Positions 1-12,379 are shown, counted from the stretch's first letter. The stretch is DNA of 64,000 nucleotides from Octopus bimaculoides (GCF_001194135.2 NC_068986.1:21581704-21645703), one strand, 5' to 3'. The notes: generated by a model from the sequence alone, not told the origin. Made by a program: numbers and translations.

Positions 1-221
1 AATAGCATGTAAATATTGGGTTTAAAAGACCATTTGGATAGAAAAAGTTGAATGCTGTCCGTGGGACTTGAACCCACAGTTCCTGTAAACAAGACAGGCT
101 AATATTTTTAAATACCCCTAGAGGGAGTTTTTATCCTATCTCGTTAGATAATCTTGGTTGAAGTTCTTCAATTGAATATATGTGAGACCTTACCATGTTT
201 GTATTTCATAAGCAGGATAAG

Positions 222-454
222 AAGGTGGTGAGCTGGCAGAACCGTTAGCACGCCGGGCGAAATGCTTAGCGGTATTTCGTCTGCCGTTCCGTTCTGAGTT
301 CAAATTCCGCCGAGGTCAACTTTGCCTTTCATCCTTTCGGGGTCGATAAATTAAGTACCAGTTACGCACTGGGGTCGATGTAATCGACTTAATCCCTTTG
401 TCTGTCCTCGTTTGTCCCCTCTATGTTTAGCCCCTTGTAGGCAATAAAGAAATA
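222..454 (+). mobile_element. tRNA-derived SINE (family A), young full-length copy
   Basis: A box (tggcagaaccgttag), B box (gagttcaaattcc), flanking direct repeat aggataagaag (214-224/455-465). Confidence 0.85.
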
Positions 455-798
455 AGGATAAGAAGTATTTCCTTCAGCCATATTGCTTTTTTGTATGTTA
501 GGTCATTTGTTTATTCCAGGCTAGCATCAGATTTTTGCAGATTCTTAATATAGATCTTTATCATTGAAGCTTTTGTACAACACTAGTTAGATTCTAAAGA
601 ACCCATCAACAGTTAGAAGTCTTTACTCTTGTCAGACAACAAAATGGGGTTATATTTAGAGTTCACTATGTAGCCAGTAGCCGAGTATCCCATCTTCATA
701 ACCTTCATATTTTTTTATTTGTATTCTCTTTTATAAATATTTCATTTGTAATCTTTAGTCTCACATTTTTGACATTTTATTTTCTTCTCTTTATCCAG

Positions 799-867
799 GT
801 GCGAAACCATGCAATCCATGTCATCAAGAAGCTATATGAACGAGATGATATCCACAAACTAATTGAG
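799..867 (+). CDS. SYMPK: Symplekin exon (VRNHAIHVIKKLYERDDIHKLIE)
   Basis: ccag|GTG...GAG|gtatc, 69 nt. Confidence 0.9.
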
Positions 868-924
868 GTATCTGTCTTTTGTTGAATGCCATTATATTAA
901 ATATTTATATGTTCTTTTACATTC

Positions 925-1300
925 TTTCATTTGTTTGTCATTTGACTGCAGCCATGCTGGAGCACCACCTTGAAGGGTTTTAGTTGGAGAAATTGACCTC
1001 AGGATTTATTCTTTGTAAGCCTAGTACTTATTTTATTGGTCTTTTTTACTGAACCGCTAAGTTACGGGGATGTAGACACACCAGCAAGTGATGATGGGGG
1101 TAGGGACAATCAGACAAAGACATGCACACTTATATATATATATATCTATAAATGACAGGCTTCTTTCAGTTTCCATCTACCAAATCCACTTACAAGGCTA
1201 TAGTGGAAGACACTCGCCCATGGTGCCACACAGTGGAACTGAACCCAGAACCATGTGGTTGGGAAGCAAGCTTGTTACCACACAGCCATGCCTACACCTA
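925..1300 (-). mobile_element. tRNA-derived SINE (family B, core gtggcaccttgggcaagtgt)
   Basis: Reverse complement of the family seen at 50071-50450; other copies at ~2200-2570, 24975-25200, 32000-32390, 46200-46350, 48855-49085. Confidence 0.8.
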
Positions 1301-2828
1301 TATGTTACAAAGTATTTAAAACAAATTGTATTTAGTGTGTAAGTCCCACCCATGCCAGCATGGAAGGCAGACGTTAAATGATGATGATGATGTGACATGG
1401 ATTTTTCTGAGTCATTAAAGCAGTTACATACGAATTGGACACTTAATTAAAAGCACTGAATACACACTGTAAAGTCGTTGCCATTAAGAAAAGCATCCAG
1501 CCATAGAAACCATGCCAAAGCAGACAGCAGAGTTTGGCATAGTCTTCTAACTTGCCAGATCCTATCAAACCATCTAACCCATGCCAGCATGGAAAATGGG
1601 TGTTAAATGCTGCTGCTGACGATGATCAATGCTCAAGCGTCTTTTGCTGCTAATGTCTTGGGTTCACCAATGTCCTTGAGAGTGAAATGTGGTAGATAGA
1701 AATTGCAGAAGCCTCATGTTTAGAAATACAAATGAGAAAATTAGTGCTCTATACATGTAGTAAGGTTTATTTGTTTAAAATCAGTGACTCATCTACTAGC
1801 TAGGTGCTGTTTTGACACAATCTGTTCATGTTGGGCTGTTTGAATGAACACTTTGCATGAAACTTTGAGTAAATCATTGACCATCAAAAGATATAAACAC
1901 GAACAAGAAATTATTGGTAAATTAGTATGTGGAAGAAAGCAACGATTTATGGTATTGACTGCCCAAGTTGCACAGCTACTTCCTTGTCACTCTTGCCATT
2001 TGATCATCATCATCGTTTAACGTCCGCTTTCCATGCTGGCATGGGTTGGACGGTTTGACTGGGGACTGGTGAGCCATATGGCTGCACCAGGCTCCAATCT
2101 GAATATGTAGTGAATTAATGATTGATCTGTTGCAAGTTTATTCCCAGCAACACTATTATTCAGAAATATCTAGTATAGATTTAGAATATATATATCTGTG
2201 TGGTAAGAAGTTTGTGTCTCAACACTACATGATTCTGGGTTCAGTCCCACTGCGTGGCACTGTGGGCAAATGTCTTCTACTATAGCCCTGAGTTGAATAT
2301 TGCCTTGTGAGTGGATTTGGTGGAGGGAAATTGAAAGAAACCCATCATATGTGTGTGTGTGTGTGTATTTATGTGTTTGTGTGTTTGTCCCCCATTACTG
2401 CTTGACAATCAACGTTGGTTTGTTTACACCCCCATAACATTTCGGTAACACACACCAATGGAATAAGTACCAGGCTTAACTAAAAGGAACTGGGGTCAAT
2501 TTGTTTGACCAAACCCTTCAAGACTGTGCCCCAGCATCACTGTGGTCCAATGACTGAAACAAACTGTAAAAGATAAAAAAGGATAAAGATAATTTTAAGA
2601 AACTACAGAGTGTTAATGTTTTAAAATTATTTCAATAAATCTTTACAGTTTCATTCCTTTTAATCCACTTTGCTTATCACCACCCTGCAGAAATAAACAT
2701 ATATTGTTAGTGTAAAAAAGGTTGATTTAACTTCCTTTAAAAAAAAACTCATCTTTTGTAAAAGAAAAATCATTTTTAGAAAAAATATACCTGACTAATT
2801 AACCTTTTATCCATTTCTTCTTGTGTAG

Positions 2829-2910
2829 GCTCATGCATTAACTTACCTTCGATATCTGCTCAGCCCCAAACCACCACCAGAATTGTTTTCAACAACAAAA
2901 TTAAAAAGTG
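2829..2910 (+). CDS. SYMPK: Symplekin exon (AHALTYLRYLLSPKPPPELFSTTKLKS)
   Basis: gtag|GCT...GTG|gtaag, 82 nt. Confidence 0.88.
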
Positions 2911-3229
2911 GTAAGTTACTTTTAATTTAAACTTCCCCTTCTTACAATACTGCTGTAGGTTGTTTTTTGATTTATATTCTGGTTTGCAGACACACTGTTT
3001 AAGAAACATAATTAATTATTACTTTCTTTATGTATTTTGATATTATTTTTATCAGTAATATTTATAGTTTAGATATTGATAGTTTGTCCACTCTGCTGGG
3101 TGGTTGGTGTTAGGAAGGGCAAAACAGACCCAGAAGTCTGGTGCAGGCTCCTGCCTGGCCAGCTCCTGTCAAACCATCCAGCCCATCCCAGTAAGGAAGG
3201 TGGACGTTAAACAATGATGATGATGATAA

Positions 3230-4310
3230 TTTGTACTTGGAAAGGTATCACAGATGCAATCTTTCTAATGTGGCAACTACAGGAGAAATATTTGGCTAAG
3301 AGTAAACTATTTATTCTTGGCCTCAGCATGTTATCATATACAGTAATCTAGTGATCACTAAGGAAACTAGGCATTGATAAATGACTTGTGAGAGCAGTGC
3401 AAGTTAACATCAAAGACACTGTAACTAAAGAGGGAGTCACCAATGACTTCAGTGAGGAATTCAATATAAGGGTCAAAATCTATCAAGGTTCAGTTCTCAG
3501 TCCCCTCCTATTCATCATAGTCCTACAGGCCATCATAGAGGAGTTTAAGACTGGCTGTTCATGGGAACTATATGCTGATGATCTAGTTCTCAGAGCTGAA
3601 TTTATCGGAGGAATTAGGAAATTCCAAGTGTGGAAGGTAAATCTGGAGTTGAGGGGTCTTAAGGTAAACTTAGCAAAAACAAAAGTTTTAGTGAGCAGGA
3701 AAGAAGGTAGGTCCCAGGTACCCCTCAAGGAAATGGCTTTGCTTTAAATGCAGAAAAGGAGTGGGCATAAACTCCATATGTTGCACTCAATATAAGTTAA
3801 GGACACGAGATCTAGTGGAATCACAGGCTGAATAGTAAAGAACATAAATTTCATATCCAAAAGATGCACTGGAATAGTATATTCCATGAACACACCAGAA
3901 ACAGAACCCCTTAATTACCTGAGCATTTCATTAGAAGTAGTTGATAGTTTTTGCTATCTGTGAGATGTCATCAGCAATAGAGGCAGTTGCTTTGAACGTA
4001 TTTTAGCCAGAGTAAGAGTTTGTTGAAAAAGGTTCAAGGAGCTACTTCTACCACTGCTGACAACAATGGTCTTCTCCCACAAGGTGAAAGCCAGATTGTA
4101 TGATGCTTGTGTTAGTGCTGCAGTGCTGCATGGAAGTGAGACATGGATTTTGAACACAGAGGACATGAGAAGACTGGAAAGAAATGGAGCAAGCATGCTC
4201 TGTTGTAAGTGTGTTGGATGACATAGCATAAGTTTACTGAGAGAAAAATTGGTTATCAGAGAAATCAGATGTGATGTGCAAGAAAGAAGACTGCACTAGT
4301 ATGGACTGGC
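3230..4310 (+). mobile_element. Decayed RTE-clade LINE, RT and C-terminal region
   Basis: QGSVLSPLLFIIVL and LYADDL (YADD at 3571-3582); LYDACV..AVLHGSETW; frameshifts and stops. Confidence 0.88.
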
Positions 4311-4497
4311 TACGTGTTGCTATGGCACAAGCACTAGAGAGGTTGCCTGCAGAAAGACTATCAGATTTTATTAAGTATCAATACACTCATAATTAGCTTG
4401 CTTTCATTTACACATGTATGTGTGTGTGTGTGTGTGTGTACTTGTCCATCCATATTTGTATATTTATCATTTTAATGAGTTAAAATTTATTTAAATG

Positions 4498-4539
<42 letters not shown>

Positions 4540-4611
4540 GGTGTTGCTCCAGCTTGGCTGCAGTCAAATGACTGAAACAAATAAAACAATATATATTCTT
4601 TTTATTTTCAG

Positions 4612-4702
4612 ATCCTCCGGAAACCTGGGTAGAAGATTGCATTAAACTCTGCTTGTATTTATATCTTGGTCTGTTACCCAGTAATCACAAACTAATTCAT
4701 GA
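4612..4702 (+). CDS. SYMPK: Symplekin exon ([29 protein letters not shown])
   Basis: ttcag|AT...GA|gtaagt, 91 nt. Confidence 0.93.
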
Positions 4703-4820
4703 GTAAGTGTTTGATATTCATTACACAAGATTTCTTCAAGAAGTTTGTTGCTGATTACATGTAATGTTTGTCAAGTGAAGTAAAGATAACTGAAGAAATG
4801 ATTTTCTTGTTTTTGTCTAG

Positions 4821-4890
4821 GCTAGCCACTGTATATACAGCGACTTCAGCAGATATCAAAAGAACTATCCTCAGGGTTTTGGAAAATCCA
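4821..4890 (+). CDS. SYMPK: Symplekin exon (LATVYTATSADIKRTILRVLENP)
   Basis: ctag|G...CCA|gtatgt, 70 nt. Confidence 0.93.
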
Positions 4891-5310
4891 GTATGTTCCT
4901 CTTACCTTTTTTTATTTTTTTACCTTTTTTTACCTTTTTTTTTTTATTTTTGTTGTTTTTCAACTATTATTCAAAACACTTTCTATAAACCACAAGCTTA
5001 TGTATGAAATTTTTTTCATCACGGTGAGTTTTTTTAACTAATTGCCTGTAACAGTTCAAACTTCAAGACTTCTCACTTCATCCTGATGCCTCCACTCTAC
5101 ATGATACACCACATCCATTTTCTTGTAACCTTTTTTTGTTTTGCCATCCGTACTAAATGAATACTCTCCAATAGATTCAGTGACATAGAAGCAGGACTAA
5201 ATAGGGCACTAGTAACTCTTATAACCTACTTTGCAGTGATGTAAATATTACTACTGCTGCTACTACTACTACTATTACTACTATTAATAATAATAATAAT
5301 AATAATAATA

Positions 5311-5557
5311 GGTATAATAATAAAATATTCAGACAAATACATAACAAAAACACCAGGACTTACAAATATATATAACATACAGAAAATTGCACTACTGGGT
5401 ACTGCACACATTCTACGCAAAACACTTTCAATACAGTAAACATAAGAGCACCACAGCAAACCACAGCACATACCCAAGGCGCACAGAGCTGCGCTCGGTA
5501 GTGAAGTGAAAGCACGTTATAAAAATAAAACTACTGAACAATAATAATAATAATAAT
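5311..5557 (+). mobile_element. 5'-truncated R4/Dong-like non-LTR retrotransposon 3' end inside (TAA)n
   Basis: Translates to ...PGLTNIYNIQKIALLGTAHILRKTLSIQ* (stop at 5437-5439), typical of the RLE C-terminus of R4-clade elements; (TAA)n on both sides. Confidence 0.75.
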
Positions 5558-6500
5558 CCTTTCTACTATAGGCACAAAGCCTGAAATTTTCGAAGAGGGG
5601 ACTAGTCGATTACATCGACCCCAGTGTGTAACTGGTACTTATTTCATCAGCCAGAAAAAGGATGAAAGGCAAAGTCAACCTTGGTGGAATTTGAACTCAG
5701 AATGTAAAGACAGATGAAATGCTGCTAAGAATTTTGCCTGGCACGCTAACGATTCTGCTAGCTTGCCTTAATAATAATAATAATAATGAGCACTCAAAGA
5801 GCACAAACCTCCACCAAGGCAACACCAATGTCCTCTCAACGATTAGCCAGAAATGATTTTTAAAATGAGAATATCTGAAATTTTCAGAAAGGGGACTAGT
5901 TGATTACTTTGACCTTAATACTTAAAGGTACTTATTTTTTCAACCCTGAAAAGGTTGAAAGGCAAAGTCAACCTTGGTGAAATTTGAACTCAGAACATAA
6001 AGACCGACGAAATGCTGCTAAGCATTTTGCACGAAATGTTAATGGTTCTGCCAGCTTGTGGCCCTAATGATGATGATAATAATAATAATTATTATTTTAA
6101 TGGTTCTGATTTATGCACAAGGTTAGCAGTTTTGAGAGGTGGAGTTAGCTGATATCATTGACCCAGTCTTTGACTGGTACTTCATATTATTGACCCCAGA
6201 GAGATGAATGGCAAAGTTGACCTCAGCAGTGTTTGAACTCAGAATGCAAGGAGCTGGGAACAAAAACTACATAGTTTATTTTCCAATCTTGTAACAGTTC
6301 TGCCAATCCACTATCCTTTAAATAATTTCTTACATAGGTGCAAGGCCAGAATTGGGCAGGAAGGGAGTTGGTCAGTTAACTGGTTCTTCGCTGGTACATT
6401 ATTTTATTAACCCTGGAGAAATGAAAGACAAAATTGACCTCAGTGGGATTTGAGCTCAGAATGTAATGAGCCAAACTGATGCCTGACAATTCTGCTACTC
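5555..6500 (-). mobile_element. Chain of four same-orientation family-A SINE copies or fragments
   Basis: Repeated ggcaaagtcaacc...gatttgaactcagaat blocks, some separated by (AAT)n tracts. Confidence 0.7.
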
Positions 6501-6577
6501 CACCAATGTAGTCGTAGTAGTAGTAATCTTTGATAAAATTGAAACTTTGTAAAATATTGTTGTCTATGTTTGTATGT

Positions 6578-6862
6578 ATCATCATCATCATCATCGTTTA
6601 ACGTCCGCTTTCCATGCTAGCATGGGTTGGACGATTTGACTGAGGACTGGTGCAACCGGATGGCAACACCAGGTTCCAATCTAATTTGGCAGAGTTTCTA
6701 CAGCTGGATGCCCTTCCTAACGCCAACCACTCAGAGAGTGTAGTGGGTGCTTTTACGTGTCACCCGCACGAAAACGGCCACGCTCGAAATGGTGTCTTTT
6801 ATGTGCCACCCGCACAAGAGCCAGTCCGGGGCACTGGCAACGATCTCGCTCGAAAACCCTAC
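6578..6862 (-). mobile_element. Young RTE LINE 3' end with (GAT)n tail, running into an N gap
   Basis: Near-identical to 7897-8165, 26070-26369 and the reverse complement of 36592-36917. Confidence 0.85.
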
Positions 6863-7567
6863 NNNNNNNNNNNNNNNNNNNNNNNNNNNNNNNNNNNNNN
6901 NNNNNNNNNNNNNNNNNNNNNNNNNNNNNNNNNNNNNNNNNNNNNNNNNNNNNNNNNNNNNNNNNNNNNNNNNNNNNNNNNNNNNNNNNNNNNNNNNNNN
7001 NNNNNNNNNNNNNNNNNNNNNNNNNNNNNNNNNNNNNNNNNNNNNNNNNNNNNNNNNNNNNNNNNNNNNNNNNNNNNNNNNNNNNNNNNNNNNNNNNNNN
7101 NNNNNNNNNNNNNNNNNNNNNNNNNNNNNNNNNNNNNNNNNNNNNNNNNNNNNNNNNNNNNNNNNNNNNNNNNNNNNNNNNNNNNNNNNNNNNNNNNNNN
7201 NNNNNNNNNNNNNNNNNNNNNNNNNNNNNNNNNNNNNNNNNNNNNNNNNNNNNNNNNNNNNNNNNNNNNNNNNNNNNNNNNNNNNNNNNNNNNNNNNNNN
7301 NNNNNNNNNNNNNNNNNNNNNNNNNNNNNNNNNNNNNNNNNNNNNNNNNNNNNNNNNNNNNNNNNNNNNNNNNNNNNNNNNNNNNNNNNNNNNNNNNNNN
7401 NNNNNNNNNNNNNNNNNNNNNNNNNNNNNNNNNNNNNNNNNNNNNNNNNNNNNNNNNNNNNNNNNNNNNNNNNNNATATATATATACACACACACACAGA
7501 CACACATACATATATGTGTGTGTGTGTTATGATATGTTAATTGAAATTATCATTTTTTTACTTTTAG

Positions 7568-7676
7568 GTTCGTGGAATGGGCATGGACTCTCCTGAACTG
7601 TTGCTTTTAGTTGAAAATTGTCCAAAAGGAGCAGAGACCCTTGTTACAAGAGTAATCCATATCCTCACTGATAAAA
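7568..7676 (+). CDS. SYMPK: Symplekin exon ([36 protein letters not shown])
   Basis: ttag|GTT...AAAA|gtaag, 109 nt. Confidence 0.96.
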
Positions 7677-7896
7677 GTAAGAATTTGATAAATATTTTAA
7701 AGTTGAATTTGTATTATTTCTGTTTGCTTCTTGGCTTTATGTTATGGATTCTTGTTTCAGTGTTAGATTTAACATTTCCTAAATTGTTCTTTGTTCACTA
7801 TTCACAGAACTCTAATAAATTCTCACTAGACAACAAATTTGACCACCACAACTAATTTTTTCATCTAACAAGATCTTTTGACTGCTTTCAATATAT

Positions 7897-8468
7897 CATC
7901 ATCATCATCATCATCATCGTTTAACGTCCGCTTTCCATGCTAGCATGGGTTGGACGATTTGACTGAGGACTGGTGCAACCGGATGGCAACACCAGGCTCC
8001 AATCTAATTTGGCAGAGTTTCTACAGCTGGATGCCCTTTCTAACGCCAACCACTCAGAGAGTGTAGTGGGTGCTTTTACGTGTCACCCGCACGAAAACGG
8101 CCACGCTCGAAATGGTGTCTTTTATGTGCCACCCGCACAAGAGCCAGTCCAGGGGCACTGGCAATGATCTCACTTGGCTTGCTGGGTCTTCTCACGCACA
8201 GCACATTTCCAAAGGTCTCGGTCAGTAGTCATCGCCTCGGTGAGGCCCAATGTTCGAAGGTCTTGCCTCACCACCTCAGCCCAGGTATTCCTGGGCCTAC
8301 CTCTTCCACGGGTTCCCTCAACTGTTAGGGAGTGGCACTTTTTCACGCAGCTATCCTCATTCATTCTCACCACATGTCCAAACCAGCGCAATCGTCTCTC
8401 TTGCACACCACTACTGACGCTTCTTATGTTCAGCTTTTCTCTCAAGATACTTACACTCTGACGGGTAC
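7897..8468 (-). mobile_element. 5'-truncated young RTE LINE
   Basis: ORF end ERRLRWFGHVVRM...GRGRPRNTW, then 3'UTR and (GAT)n tail. Confidence 0.9.
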
Positions 8469-8501
8469 AAAAATAATTTCCTTGATTTTGTTGTCTTTTA
8501 G

Positions 8502-8602
8502 GTGTTCCTTCTCCTGAGCTGGTTGAACGAGTCCGAGATCTTTATCATAAAAGAGTTCCAGATGTTCGTTTCTTAATACCTGTGCTCACTGGATTACGAA
8601 AG
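8502..8602 (+). CDS. SYMPK: Symplekin exon ([33 protein letters not shown])
   Basis: ttag|GT...AAG|gtaaat, 101 nt. Confidence 0.96.
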
Positions 8603-10159
8603 GTAAATTTATTTCCACTAATTAGCTTTATTCTTGTTACAAGATGACATGAGATTTGGTCCCATAATTATGATTATGTCATTGGGACACCACTAAAGAC
8701 TTCTTTGCATAATGTGTTCTGGACAAGACAACCCTCTTCTTGAATGGTTTAACTAGGGCAGGATTTGTAAATGAAACAACTCCACCATAAGTAAAAACTA
8801 GCTTTTGAATTTTGTTGTCTAAAAGCATCCACACTTTCAGATGATCATATCAATAAAATTGCAAGTATAATGTACCTAGGTATATTATTAAGTGCTGTCT
8901 TTTTGGGAGAATTAGAATTTTATAGATATAAAATGAGGCCATGGAACCATGGGTGATAAAATTTGTTTCCAGCATTAATATTTAAATATAGACATTAGAA
9001 TGGCAAATAAAAGGAAATGAATGCTTATTGCATTGTTATAAAATTCTATAAATGAATTTACTAAACAAGAGTTGTGAATTTATTTATACTAGTTTATATT
9101 TCATCTCACTTTTCCCTTTCATAGGACAGTTTTAAAAATCTTTGTTATAAACAAGAAGTAGGATTGGAAATTCTATTTCACATAATTATGAATAGAAAAG
9201 AATATAATCAAATAAACAGATTTCATTCTGATTTTTATGAAAACAAAAAATATTTATATTTGGATAAATGGCGCTAGACTATGGAATACATGGTCATTAG
9301 TTCAAGCCTCTCTACTAATCGTTATATTGTGTTCATAAACATAGTATATAATTCCCTTGCTTCATCCAGTAAACCCGAATAACGAAAACAACTCCCACTC
9401 CTACATAACAGTTGTTGTTAGTAGAAGAAAGAGCGTCTAACTGTAAATTTAAAGAAAATCACCTTGTTTATATAAGCATAGGAAAGGATGTAAAACTGGT
9501 GGGAAGGCCATTATTTGGCTGCAGATGAGGAATGACGAGGGGCATTACCAAAAATGTCATAATCAAAAACAAATTAACATTTTAACAGACCTTATAGCTT
9601 TATTTCTGCTAACTATCCTTCAATCAAATAAAGATCTCTTTATAAATGGTCTGACCTTTTAACTGTTTGACCAAAAGATAAACATTCTGGATGAATTTCA
9701 AATGACAAGTAGAGGGAGTTTTTTTTTTTTTGTATGTATCGTGCAAGGGTTCTAACTGCATGCCTTTGTCATTTTGTTTTTCTACAGTAACTGCTGTGAA
9801 GTACTACACTGCTTTTCTCTTAATTAGTTTACATGTGAAATATTGATCAGTTAACTGGCAGTACACGGCATTGATTTAATGTCTTTTAGTATTGATGTGA
9901 AAAATTCCTTCATTGTTCTACAAAATATTAATCCATACATACCATATTGGTTTTCTGGGTTTGTTAAATATTGACCATTGTGTCTGCAACCATACTTTAT
10001 TCAAATTAATATTTGATTAAGCTTGATCAATTTACTTTCATATGTCTGGAATACAAATCACAATGGCTCTATGTTCCATTCAAAGACAGATTTTTGTTAA
10101 CATTCTCAACGTTTATAAAATCAATTTTCTAAGTATTAAATTATTACTGTATCTTCCAG

Positions 10160-10244
10160 AAAGAGGTTTTGGCTGCTTTACCCAAACTGATTAGATTAAA
10201 TCCAATTGTTGTAAAGGAAGTTTTTAACAGATTACTTGGCCATG
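10160..10244 (+). CDS. SYMPK: Symplekin exon ([28 protein letters not shown])
   Basis: ccag|AAA...CATG|gtaagt, 85 nt. Confidence 0.96.
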
Positions 10245-10367
10245 GTAAGTTATTGATCTTTTAATTGTTATTCTTAACTGGAAACCAATTTATAGTTAAT
10301 TTTTTTCTGATGATGTTAAAAATGATGATGATTACTCCATTCTAACAGTGTAATATTTTACTATCAA

Positions 10368-10557
10368 CCCTTTTGATACCAAACTGCCTGTGTTTTAAAG
10401 TGACCTCATGTAAAACCTCTTCTCAAAATTTCATGTTAATTTATGTTTCAGACACCTACTGAATAATAAAAAAGTTATTTTACTAAATTCTTCATTATTT
10501 TCAAACCTAACCGAAACAAAGGTAGTGAATTTCAACAGAAATATGGTAACAAAAGGG
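10368..10557. mobile_element. piggyBac-type MITE
   Basis: TCAA-CCCTTTTGATACC...GGTAACAAAAGGG-TTGA. Confidence 0.7.
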
Positions 10558-10708
10558 TTGAAGAAATGAATACTGTGTTATCATTGAGTATCTTCATCAC
10601 CGTATTGATAATCCTGCAAACAAGTACTAGGACTTATTACCAGGGTTTGCAACATTTCAGCAAAATTCACCAATTCATTATTCCATGCTCCGATATGAAA
10701 AGGCTTAA

Positions 10709-10928
10709 CCCTTTCATTACTGTTTTTATTTTGAGATGCTCTATGTTTCTTTCAATTACTTTAAATATAACACAGAATTTAGTAAAACAACTTAGTTATC
10801 ATTCAGCTAGTGCTAGGAACATAAATTGTGACTAAGGTTTGGTGGAAGATTTTAATTCAAAACTTATGAAAACAAGACATTTATACTCAGAGCCAGAGCA
10901 GGTTTCAGCCGGGTTGGTAACGAAAGGG
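10709..10928. mobile_element. piggyBac-type MITE with TTAA target-site duplication
   Basis: TTAA-CCCTTTCATTAC...GTAACGAAAGGG-TTAA. Confidence 0.8.
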
Positions 10929-11079
10929 TTAAATGAACCATCGACACACCTCTTCTTCCTAGACTAAGAAGCAGTTTAAATTCTGATCACTCTATTTCTA
11001 ATTATTGAATCATTTTAAGGGTATGTTAAAATGGTAACGGTATGTATCTCCAATCATATATGTTTATATTTTATTGTAG

Positions 11080-11184
11080 CCAATGCTGATGCTTCTTACA
11101 CCTCACCGTTGACTCCAGCTGAGCTTTTGATAGCTTTACATAACATTGATCCTACAAAATGCGATATGAAGACCATCATCAAAG
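11080..11184 (+). CDS. SYMPK: Symplekin exon ([34 protein letters not shown])
   Basis: gtag|CC...AAAG|gtatgc, 105 nt. Confidence 0.95.
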
Positions 11185-11639
11185 GTATGCATTAAATTGA
11201 TTTACTGCTTTTCATTTTGTTTTTAGTATTTAAGGTTTAGTAAGGCAGGAAGCTGGTAGAACCATTAGCACACCAGACTAAATGCTTAGGGGCATTTTGT
11301 CTGTCATAATGTTCTGAGGTTGACTTTGCCTTTCATCTTTTCAGGGTCGATAAAATATATACCAGTTGAGTACTGGGGGTCAATGTAATCAACTTACCCG
11401 TCCCTCAAAATTGCTGGCCTTGTGCCAAAATTTGAAACCAATATTTAGATTTTTAAATTTGCTAAAAAAGTGAATATTAGATTTTTAAATTTGCTAAATT
11501 GATCTTAAATACAGAATAAAATTAAGACTAAAAGAATTCATCTAATTTTTCAGTTTTTTTAAAAATTCGATTTCTTTCTTTACTGTCTGCTGCTAGTATC
11601 TCAATTCTCTCTTGAGCCAGTGTTACATAAAAAGCACTA

Positions 11640-12246
11640 TTTGAGTGTGGCTGATGCCAGTGCTGCCTGACTGGCCCCCGTGCCAGTGGCATGTGACAAG
11701 CACCAATTGAACAGGCTTGATATCAGTGCTGCCTGACTGGCTCCTGTGCTGGTGGCATGTAAAAAGCACCATTCAAGCATGGTCAATGCCAGTGCCGCCT
11801 GACTGGCTCCTATGCCATCATCATCATCATCGTTTAACGTCCGCTTTCCATGCTAGCATGGGTTGGACGATTTGACTGAGGACTGGTGAAACCGGATGGC
11901 AACACCAGCCTCCAATCTGATTTGGCACAGTTTCTACAGCTGGATGCCCTTCCTAACGCCAACCACTCAGAGAGTGTAGTGGGTGCTTTTACGTGTCACC
12001 CGCACGAAAGATGCCAGTGGTATGGAAAAAGCACCATTCAAGTATGGTCGATGCCAGTATCGCCTGACATGCTGGTAGCATGTAAAAAGCACCCACTAAC
12101 TCTTGGAGTGGTTTTAGGAAGGGCATCCTGCTGTAGAAACCTTGCCAGATCAGATTGGAGCCTGGTGCAACCTCCTGGTTTGCCAGTCCTCTGTCAAACA
12201 GCCCAGCCCATGCCAGCATGGATAGTGGACGTTAAACAATGATGAT
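11640..12246. mobile_element. Older RTE 3' end (+) with ~66-bp tandem units, interrupted by a young RTE 3' end (-, 11818-12010)
   Basis: atgcca duplicated at 11812-11817 and 12011-12016; the two arms are inverted homologues. Confidence 0.8.
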
Positions 12247-12379
12247 TATTTGTTACAATTCATATCAAATAACTGATCAACAGTGTTGTCATCTTTTACA
12301 AATAGACTGGAGAATATTTCTTCCAAAATGACAATCTTTTATGTTGTTGTTTTAATCGTTTATATTTTGTTTCTTGTAG

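Noticed and set aside
222-310. tRNA-like A/B boxes here and in other SINE heads
   Set aside because: They continue into SINE cores and tails; not tRNA genes.
6650-7596. Long ORFs in the track (also 13495-13863, 26136-26808, 35783-36835, 42171-42597, 52932-53583)
   Set aside because: They are read through N runs; the real portions are RTE or microsatellite sequence.
11442-11498. ~31-bp tandem duplication atattagatttttaaatttgctaaa
   Set aside because: Ordinary slippage duplication at the end of a SINE.
11640-11815. Regularly spaced ~66-bp repeats superficially like a CRISPR array
   Set aside because: Eukaryotic context, no unique spacers, and part of the RTE 3'UTR.
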